Shown piece by piece: positions 29,156 through 36,411 of a DNA stretch of 64,000 nucleotides; within the stretch, counting starts at the first letter, position 1; the number at the start of each line of letters is the position of its first letter. A program made the translations under genes and the position numbers. A model generated the notes under the pieces. It saw only the letters and a list, made by a program, of their open reading frames with translations. It was not told the origin of the DNA and did no database searches. Where the stretch lies: the IMG/VR virus record IMGVR_UViG_3300023179_000009, positions 248,001-312,000 of that record; one strand, written 5' to 3'.

Positions 29156-30781
29156 ATGTTAGAACAAGAAGAAAATAATTGTGTTGTTATTAAAGTTCCA
29201 TTGATTTGTAACCAAAAGCAAATTAAATTGCTTAAAAGTAGATTTAATTCTTCTAGAGTTTTTTATAATTCTTGTTTAGCAGAGTGCGAAAGAAGAAGGA
29301 AAATTCTTGTCGTTCATCCTAATCGTATCGAAGCCAATAGAATATACAAAGAATTAAAAGAAAAAGACAAACAAGTTAAAGAAAAAAAAATTACTAGAAG
29401 TTCTTATGACTTTAAAAAGAACAAAGAACTCTATAGTTCTCTTTATCGAAAATCTGAGAGGGAGACGGGTTTTTATTTAAGATCTAGTGCCACAAATGAT
29501 ATGACAAATTCTTTAGAACAATGGGTTTCGAATGTAAGAAATGGAACCAATATTGAAAAAGAGTTGGATAGCCACACCTGTATGACTTTAATGGATCGAG
29601 CATTTAAAGCATCTAAAAGAGTTTTAAATGCTCGATGGGTATTTAATAAGAAAAAAAACACTTACATAAAACCATCGGTTCAGTTTAAGAGTGTAAAAAA
29701 ACCAATCCTTAGCATTTCTAGCAAAAGCCAAAAATCTTCTCTTAAATTTTTATTAGAAAGCAAAACAATTCGGGTTCCTCATGTCGTTTGGACAATTAAC
29801 AAAAAAGCAATATGGCCTATTTTAAATTTGGACCCAATTGATCCTTATCATAACTTTTTAATTGAAAACTACCACAAAGTGGGTCATATTAAATTGTGTC
29901 GTGAAGAAATTAAAGGAAAGTGGGTTTATTCTATGCAGGCTACTTGTAGCATAGATTCAATGAGTAAATTTTATTTGGGAGTTAAACCAAAATATTTAGG
30001 TGAAGGTGTTTGTGGAGTTGATATTGGAGCAAGCGACTTTGCCTTTTCAGCACCGAACCACTCGGAAATTACAAAATTATTTCCGGAGTTTGATTTAGGT
30101 GTTGAGAAAAAGTTAAAGCAACTACACAAACAAAATTCTCGTATGCTCAGACAGAACAACCCAAACAATTTTGAGCCTGATACTTGGGAAAAAAATCCCA
30201 ATGGCAAACTAATTAAGAAATTTGGATCACAAAAAAAGGGTTGCAAAAATTTTATTAGCAAAAGGCACAAAAAAGTGCTACTTCAGATGAAGGAAATTTA
30301 TAGAAAACTCAAAGAAAGTCGTAGCATTTCTCATAAAAAAGCGGCAATTCGCTTACGTTCAAAAGCCGACAATCTAAGAATGGAAGATCTCAACTATTTT
30401 TCGTGGCAAAAAGGCGGCATGGGCAAATCATCCCAAATACGCTCTCCCGGACTATTTAGTAAAACTTTAGAGAACACATTCAAAAAAACCGGCGGTAAGG
30501 TTGAAAAAATTGATCCTTTTAAATCTTGTCTTTCGCAAATTTGTCCCAATTGCGGAAGCAAAAAAAAGAAAGAAAGAAGTCAGGATTGGCACGAGTGCGA
30601 AGAGTGCGGTTACGGTAAGAAATTTCCAGTTCAAAGAGACTTGAATTCTGCTATGCTTGCGTGTACAGTTGATTTGAAAACTCAAACTGTCGATGTGGAA
30701 GAAGCCAAAAAACTTCTTCGGGATAGAGGACCGATCCTGCGGACGACATCGGCTAGTTTTAAAAAAGGTGCGAAGAACTAG
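29156..30781 (+). CDS. compact type V CRISPR effector (TnpB/Cas12-like RuvC nuclease, 541 aa)
   Basis: TnpB-like N-terminus (R.FYN.CL), RuvC-I GVDIG (D289), RuvC-II MEDL (E410), Zn finger CPNC...CEEC, RuvC-III QRDLNSA (D495); adjacent to a CRISPR array. Confidence 0.85.
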   Translation: MLEQEENNCVVIKVPLICNQKQIKLLKSRFNSSRVFYNSCLAECERRRKILVVHPNRIEANRIYKELKEKDKQVKEKKITRSSYDFKKNKELYSSLYRKSERETGFYLRSSATNDMTNSLEQWVSNVRNGTNIEKELDSHTCMTLMDRAFKASKRVLNARWVFNKKKNTYIKPSVQFKSVKKPILSISSKSQKSSLKFLLESKTIRVPHVVWTINKKAIWPILNLDPIDPYHNFLIENYHKVGHIKLCREEIKGKWVYSMQATCSIDSMSKFYLGVKPKYLGEGVCGVDIGASDFAFSAPNHSEITKLFPEFDLGVEKKLKQLHKQNSRMLRQNNPNNFEPDTWEKNPNGKLIKKFGSQKKGCKNFISKRHKKVLLQMKEIYRKLKESRSISHKKAAIRLRSKADNLRMEDLNYFSWQKGGMGKSSQIRSPGLFSKTLENTFKKTGGKVEKIDPFKSCLSQICPNCGSKKKKERSQDWHECEECGYGKKFPVQRDLNSAMLACTVDLKTQTVDVEEAKKLLRDRGPILRTTSASFKKGAKN

Positions 30782-30980
30782 TACTCACTCTAATTGAAAA
30801 ATTAGTTTGCCGAAAAATCTACTTTTTAGAAAAACACCTAAAGAGTCAGAGTACCTCGTCCGTGAAACTACGAGCGATTTAGAATGACAGCCCTCATCGG
30901 AATAGTTTTAAATCGTCGTGGTCTCGTCTTTTGTTGCGAGAGGTACGGTGGCGTTAAAAACCGCCGTACCTCTCGTTTTT
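30782..30980 (+). ncRNA. putative tracrRNA (5' end uncertain)
   Basis: Anti-repeat CTCGTCTTTTGTT (30923-30935) pairs with repeat AACAAAAGATGAG (one G-U). TGACAGCCCTCATC (30885-30898) is partly complementary to the repeat 3' end. Long stem at about 30868-30885/30905-30921; ends in a terminator. Confidence 0.7.
30937..30980 (+). terminator. intrinsic terminator
   Basis: 15-bp stem CGAGAGGTACGGTGG / CCGCCGTACCTCTCG, 9-nt loop, followed by TTTTT. Confidence 0.8.
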
Positions 30981-31073
30981 ACTTAAATACTGTGTTGTCA
31001 ATGATTTACAGAACTCTTATTTTGTTTTTTGATATTTGATGGATCTAAATTTTAACAACCTCTCGCAAAGGTC

Positions 31074-31102
31074 TTGTTTTTTGTTGTGGTTTTTTGTATA
31101 AT
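31074..31102 (+). promoter_or_regulatory. sigma70-like promoter in CRISPR leader
   Basis: TTGTTT (31074-79) - 17 bp - TATAAT (31097-31102), 11 bp before repeat 1. Confidence 0.6.
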
Positions 31103-31113
31103 TTTAATGTGCT

Positions 31114-31772
31114 ATTGCAGTACTTAAAACAAAAGATGAGTATGTCAAGTGGTCTCTAGGGCATCGTTGGCGTCTCGGTAAACCAAATTGCAGTACTTAA
31201 AACAAAAGATGAGTATGTCAAGAGGGCATCGTTGGCGTCTCGGTAAACCAAATTGCAGTACTTAAAACAAAAGATGAGTATGTCAAGGACATTGAGAAGG
31301 TACTCGGAATCTTGTTCGGGGGATTGCAGTACTTAAAACAAAAGATGAGTATGTCAAGGTGCTGCTCAGGCGTTAGTGGAGGTTTGTTGGTAGCCAATTG
31401 CAGTACTTAAAACAAAAGATGAGTATGTCAAGAATTAGCGGCAGTACGAGCCACCGACCATCAGCAGATTGCAGTACTTAAAACAAAAGATGAGTATGTC
31501 AAGGAAACCCAAGTCCATAGACGCAAGAGGCAAAAACGGATTGCAGTACTTAAAACAAAAGATGAGTATGTCAAGTACCGATGGGCTACCAAAAACATCG
31601 CCAGGGCGGCAAAATTGCAGTACTTAAAACAAAAGATGAGTATGTCAAGATGACCAAGGCAAAAACCCGCCATTGCAGTACTTAAAACAAAAGATGAGTA
31701 TGTCAAGGTCAAGTGGCGTATTATTAGACAACGTGAGTTCTCATTGGATTTCAGTGCTTAAAACAAAAGATG
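31114..31772 (+). CRISPR. CRISPR array, 9 identical 36-bp repeats + 1 degenerate truncated repeat, 9 spacers
   Basis: Repeat ATTGCAGTACTTAAAACAAAAGATGAGTATGTCAAG at 31114, 31187, 31252, 31323, 31397, 31468, 31540, 31614, 31672. Partial ATTTCAGTGCTTAAAACAAAAGATG at 31748. Spacer lengths 37, 29, 35, 38, 35, 36, 38, 22, 40. Orientation taken from the leader, the degenerate trailer repeat and the anti-repeat. Confidence 0.97.
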
Positions 31773-32195
31773 GAAAAAAATCTTTTACCAAAAGAAGAAC
31801 TAAATCGTTATAAGCAATTTGCTTTTAAAGACGATATGTTCAAATTGGCTATAGGTTTTATTTTAGGCAATTCTTTCAATAATGTGGTTGGTGGAATTAG
31901 CAGTTTTCTAATTATGCCGGTGGTTAATTTTTTAACTACACAAACAGGAGAGAATTGGAGAACTATTGTTTTTTCGCCAGTGAGTGGTTTGGATTTTGAA
32001 CTAGGAAAACTTTTAGGAACTTTTGTAGATTTTTTACTAACATCTATTGTTCTTTATGTAATTTACGTTAAAATTTTAGGGTCAATAAAAAAACAAGAAG
32101 AAGATTGTAATTTGAAACAATGCAATCGTTGTCTAAGTTTAATTCATGTTGACGCAACAAGATGCAAGTTCTGCACCAGCCCAATTAAAAAATAA
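31770..32195 (+). CDS. mscL: large-conductance mechanosensitive channel MscL family protein
   Basis: YKQFAFK.D...LAIGFILGNSF..VV......IMP, G.LLG..VDFL; C-terminal C..C...I...ATRC.FCTS Zn ribbon; the ATG is supplied by the truncated last CRISPR repeat. Confidence 0.8.
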   Translation: MEKNLLPKEELNRYKQFAFKDDMFKLAIGFILGNSFNNVVGGISSFLIMPVVNFLTTQTGENWRTIVFSPVSGLDFELGKLLGTFVDFLLTSIVLYVIYVKILGSIKKQEEDCNLKQCNRCLSLIHVDATRCKFCTSPIKK

Positions 32196-32196
32196 C

Positions 32197-33210
32197 ATGA
32201 GAAAATTAGCATCTATACAAATTGTTAATTCAATTAAGCCTATCCCTAATGCAGATGCTATTGAATGTGTCGGTGTTCTTGGTTGGGAGTGTGTTTCAAA
32301 AAAAGGTGAATTCAAAGTTGGTGATAAATGTGTTTATTTTGAAATCGACAGTTTGCTACCAGAAACAGAAACATTCGAGTTTTTAAGAAAAAATTGCTAT
32401 AGAAAAGATCTTAAAAAGTTTAGATTAAAAACCGCTAAATTGCGTGGTCAACTTAGCCAAGGTCTCGCCCTGCCTTTGAGTTTATTCCCCGATCTATACC
32501 ACCTAGAGGCGTGTGCGGATGTCACCGATCTGCTGAATGTAGAAAAATATGAGCCTCCGATTCCGGCTCAAATTTCGGGCGATGCAAAGTCTTTTAGTTG
32601 GCCTATTGCGAAAACAGATGAGGTCAGAGTTCAGACCGATGAGGGCTTGAACTTGTTGGGTGCCCTTCACGGCAAGCCTTATTATTTAAGCCTTAAATTG
32701 GACGGAACGAGTTGTTCGTTTATCATAGATCCGTCAAACAAAGAATTTCATGTTTGTGGAAGAAATTATAGTTATAAAAACAAACCAAATCATAGTTTTT
32801 GGACAATAAATGAACGATACCAAGTAGAAGAACGATTGCGTTCAATTGGTGAAAATTTAGCCTTGCAGGGAGAATGTGTTGGCCCAGGTATTCAACAAAA
32901 TAAACTTGGATTACCTAACATTGATTATTACATATTTAATGTAGTTGATACTTCTACTCGCAAAAGACTATCTCTTGAAGATTCTTTGAGTGTCGTAAAA
33001 GAACTCAAAATGAATTTTGTTCCAATATTGGAAAAAGGCGATTCATTCAAATACAATATGGAACAGTTGCTTGAAAAAGCAAAAGGAAAGTATCGTGAAC
33101 ATTTTGAAAATGCAAAGCAGCATCAAGAGCGTGAAGGAATAGTGATTCGAAGTTTGTGCGGATCAGTTAGTTTCAAAGCCATAAATAACGAATTTCTCCT
33201 ACAAGAATAA
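32197..33210 (+). CDS. RNA ligase (ATP), DRB0094/Rnl2-like family
   Basis: MRKLASIQ..IKPIPNADAIE OB-like N-terminus, LRGQLSQGL, KTDE.R.Q, KLDGTS, QGE..GPGIQ.N, REGIV, FKAIN. Confidence 0.9.
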   Translation: MRKLASIQIVNSIKPIPNADAIECVGVLGWECVSKKGEFKVGDKCVYFEIDSLLPETETFEFLRKNCYRKDLKKFRLKTAKLRGQLSQGLALPLSLFPDLYHLEACADVTDLLNVEKYEPPIPAQISGDAKSFSWPIAKTDEVRVQTDEGLNLLGALHGKPYYLSLKLDGTSCSFIIDPSNKEFHVCGRNYSYKNKPNHSFWTINERYQVEERLRSIGENLALQGECVGPGIQQNKLGLPNIDYYIFNVVDTSTRKRLSLEDSLSVVKELKMNFVPILEKGDSFKYNMEQLLEKAKGKYREHFENAKQHQEREGIVIRSLCGSVSFKAINNEFLLQE

Positions 33211-33211
33211 T

Positions 33212-33820
33212 ATGTCGATTACAGTTATCGGTGATGTTCACGGCCATTACGCACGATATCACAAAATCGTGCGTCAAAAAGATCGTCACCCACACACTGT
33301 TCAAATTGGCGATTTTGGTTTTGAGTATGAAACATTAAAAAATGTTGATGCCAATAATCATAAGGTTATTGGTGGAAATCATGACAATTATAATAAAATT
33401 ATTGATACTCCTCATTATTTGGGTGATTTTGGGAACGTTTCTTTAAACAATGTTAATTTTTTCTTTTTGCGTGGTGCTTTTTCTATTGATCAACAATATC
33501 GAGTAATCGGTAGAAGTTGGTGGCCTGAAGAAGAATTGAACAACGATAGTTTTAATGAGGCAATGAAGTTGTATGTTGAAAAAAAGCCAAAAATTGTTTT
33601 AACACACACTTGTCCAATTTCAATTGTGCCTCAGTTGTTGCCTGCTGGTAGTCACTTATTCCAAAGTAAAACAGAGATGTTCCTGGAATCAATGCTTAAT
33701 GCACATCAGCCAGAGTTATGGATATTTGGTCACTTTCATGTTTCTAGGACAATCAATCAAACTTTAAATGGAACTCAATTTGTTTGCCTAGATGAATTAG
33801 AAACTTACAAATTAGGTTAA
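33212..33820 (+). CDS. calcineurin-like metallophosphoesterase
   Basis: GDVHG, QIGDFG, GNHD, THTCP, FGHFH. Confidence 0.9.
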   Translation: MSITVIGDVHGHYARYHKIVRQKDRHPHTVQIGDFGFEYETLKNVDANNHKVIGGNHDNYNKIIDTPHYLGDFGNVSLNNVNFFFLRGAFSIDQQYRVIGRSWWPEEELNNDSFNEAMKLYVEKKPKIVLTHTCPISIVPQLLPAGSHLFQSKTEMFLESMLNAHQPELWIFGHFHVSRTINQTLNGTQFVCLDELETYKLG

Positions 33821-33822
33821 AA

Positions 33823-34332
33823 ATGTCTCTTATCATTGTTGATGTTGAAAGCGATGGACCTATTCCCTGTGAATATAGTATGATTTGTTTCGGTGCGGTA
33901 ATTTTTGACGAAAATCTAAATGAAACATTTTATGGACAAACAAAGCCTATTTCTAAAAACTATCAACCCGACACATTAAAAATAAGTGGATTTACTAGAG
34001 AACAACATGAAAATTTTGATAATCCATATGATGTAATGGTGAAGTTTAGTTATTGGATAAAAGAAAACAGTAGGGGTAAACCTATCTTTATAAGCGATAA
34101 TCCATGTTATGATTGGCAGTGGATAAACTATTATTTTCATTATTTTGTTGGAGAAAATCCTTTTGGATACTCTGGCAGAAGAATTGGCGATTTATTTTGT
34201 GGAATGAAAGGTGACGCTAGAGCATCTTGGAAACATTTGAGAAAAACAGTTCACGACCACAATCCAGTGAACGACGCTATAGGCAATGCCGAAGCATTGC
34301 TTGAGATGAAAAAAATGGGTCTAAAAATTTGA
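33823..34332 (+). CDS. DEDDh 3'-5' exonuclease (Rv2179c-like exoribonuclease)
   Basis: VDVESDGP, YD, HNPVNDA. Confidence 0.8.
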   Translation: MSLIIVDVESDGPIPCEYSMICFGAVIFDENLNETFYGQTKPISKNYQPDTLKISGFTREQHENFDNPYDVMVKFSYWIKENSRGKPIFISDNPCYDWQWINYYFHYFVGENPFGYSGRRIGDLFCGMKGDARASWKHLRKTVHDHNPVNDAIGNAEALLEMKKMGLKI

Positions 34333-34523
34333 CTGGAGAACAGATGAGGCGTAGAATTTTTTTGAGTTCGGCAATTTTTGTTGGTTTGTTTAACACCCCA
34401 ATTTTTGCTGCCAGCAAAACTTACCGATACAAATGCCCCAAATGCAAATTAATTCAAGAGTATGGTTCAATCGGCACAAAAAAGTGTCCAAATGATGGAA
34501 GAACCATGATTAGGGTAAACTAA
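34329..34523 (+). CDS. small Zn-ribbon protein with Tat-like signal
   Basis: RRRIFL + hydrophobic stretch, CPKC...CPND. Confidence 0.45.
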   Translation: MTGEQMRRRIFLSSAIFVGLFNTPIFAASKTYRYKCPKCKLIQEYGSIGTKKCPNDGRTMIRVN

Positions 34524-34675
34524 AAAATCTAAAAATTTCTAGAAAAAATTTTGATTCTTGGCTAGACGATTTCGATGCGCTGTGTATACTAAAGTTAGGA
34601 TGTTTTTAGTTTTAATTTCATTTTGATTATTCGAACGGAATAGAATTTATCAAATTTTAAATAAGGGTTAAAAAA

Positions 34676-35338
34676 GTGATCTCTGGTTCTTCGCAAAGAG
34701 TGAGTTCTTCTAATAGGCCGGTCAAGACGAATAGTTTTTCAACAATTTCAAACAGTGGGTTATATTCTAAAGTGAAAGAGTTAAATCAAAAAGAATATTA
34801 TAACGAATCCAGAAACGAAACCAACCAAGACACAGACATCAAGAAAAATAGAGTGGCAGTTTTTCTTGATGGATCAAATTTCTTTTATATGCAGAAGGAT
34901 GCCTTGAATTGGTTTATTGATCCAAAGAAACTTTTAAATTGGATAAATCAATTTGGGGATATCACCGATGCGAATTACTACACCACAGTTGACAATCAAA
35001 ATCAAGGTCAACTAAATTACATCAGGGCGCTTAATCACATGGGCTTTAGAGTTGATGCAAAGCCTATTGATTCTTATGAAGATTCTGATGAAGGGTTCGA
35101 TGGTAGTGTAGATTTAGATATGTTGATTGATATCTTGGTGCAAATGGAAAATTATGATATGGCTGTTATAATTTCCGGCGATGCTGATTTTGCGAGAATT
35201 GTTGAGGTTTTGCGTCAACGTGGCAAGAAGTATCTTGTTCTTAGTACGAAAGGCATGGTCTCTGGAGCCGTAAAGAGTGCTGCTGGCTTGCATTACAAAG
35301 ACATAGCGGAACTCAGAAGTAAAATTGAGAAGAATTAA
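34676..35338 (+). CDS. NYN (LabA/DUF88, PIN-like) domain protein
   Basis: VAVFLDGSN, VDLDM, IISGDADF....LRQRGK. Confidence 0.85.
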   Translation: MISGSSQRVSSSNRPVKTNSFSTISNSGLYSKVKELNQKEYYNESRNETNQDTDIKKNRVAVFLDGSNFFYMQKDALNWFIDPKKLLNWINQFGDITDANYYTTVDNQNQGQLNYIRALNHMGFRVDAKPIDSYEDSDEGFDGSVDLDMLIDILVQMENYDMAVIISGDADFARIVEVLRQRGKKYLVLSTKGMVSGAVKSAAGLHYKDIAELRSKIEKN

Positions 35339-35940
35339 ATTGGGCGTCAGATGAATAAGCACAAAATTATTTCGCAGGATGCGGAACTGGTCTCCATCAG
35401 TGTGGGGAAAGTTGACGGTAAACCTCGGTTGTTTTTAACTTTTAGGTTTGATAAAAATGATTTTTCTACTCAAACTATAAGTTTAAAATCGAGACAAGCG
35501 GTTCGTTTAAAAAACGATATTAATGATTTGGCAAATAAAAGTCCTTTATTTCAAAAGGTTCTAAGTAAAGCCAAAAATTACTATAGTTCTTTTGAACGAA
35601 TATTTTTTGATCGGCCCCCGGTATAAAATTTGTTATGAGAAAAACAGTTTCTAAATTAACAAGTAAAGAAATATCTTTTCTAATGAGGTTGTATAACGAA
35701 CAGTCTCTAGGAATTGATAAACTTCCTTACACCCCAGAGTTTGATAATATTGTTTTTCAATTCCATCAAGTTTTCGGAAATGAAAACGGACATAGAGAAT
35801 TGTGGCACACTCTTATCAATCTTAGAAAACAAAAAAAACTTTTGAGAAAAACTCGAAGTCGATGATGATTGATACCAACTAGGACTTTGCAAAAAGGCAT
35901 GGATTTCCGTGCCTTTTTGTTTTTATAGAAAGGATTCACT

Positions 35941-36375
35941 ATGATTTTTGCAACCATTACAACCAAGGTCGATGTCCAAAAAAAAGACGTTCAAAATTTG
36001 CTTGTTGGTCTTTTTGAAAACAACTATTCGCCTTGGCTAAGAGAAATTAAATCAAAGAATTTTGCAGAAGGATACACGTTTACCGATTTTAGAGTAGGCG
36101 GGAAGATGCAAGATATGAAAGACTATTATCATTGGTCTCAAATCATACCCGTGACAGAAGGTTGTTCCTTAACCCTCTCTGTGGATGATCCCGATAGCGA
36201 CAAAGGTGGTGAAAAAGACGTTATTTTAGATTGCGAATCTATTTATCGTGGCTTACAAGTAATGGCTACAAAATATCGAGAACATTGGGAAAATTTTATT
36301 TACAAAGATGATGATGCAATTACGGCTGATGTTTTTGGACAATGCTGTGTTTACGGAGAGGTTTTTTACTCTTAA
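35941..36375 (+). CDS. hypothetical protein
   Basis: ORF between two motif copies, AGAAAGGA RBS; C-terminal DAITADV..Q..VYGEV. Confidence 0.6.
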   Translation: MIFATITTKVDVQKKDVQNLLVGLFENNYSPWLREIKSKNFAEGYTFTDFRVGGKMQDMKDYYHWSQIIPVTEGCSLTLSVDDPDSDKGGEKDVILDCESIYRGLQVMATKYREHWENFIYKDDDAITADVFGQCCVYGEVFYS

Positions 36376-36411
36376 TCAATACCAACTATGGATGGTGGAA
36401 AGGAACTAAAA

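Noticed and set aside
29156-30781. Ordinary IS200/IS605 or IS607 element
   Set aside because: There is no tnpA or serine recombinase adjacent, and the anti-repeat plus array indicate a CRISPR association. TnpB ancestry is still likely.
31461-31712. 83-aa minus-strand ORF with a repeated LTYSSFVLSTA peptide
   Set aside because: It is the translation of CRISPR repeats, not a gene
31770-34332. mscL, RNA ligase, phosphoesterase and exonuclease as CRISPR accessory genes
   Set aside because: The 37-bp duplication suggests the CRISPR cassette inserted into a pre-existing operon, and these are common large-phage genes. Co-transcription with the array is possible but is not evidence of function.
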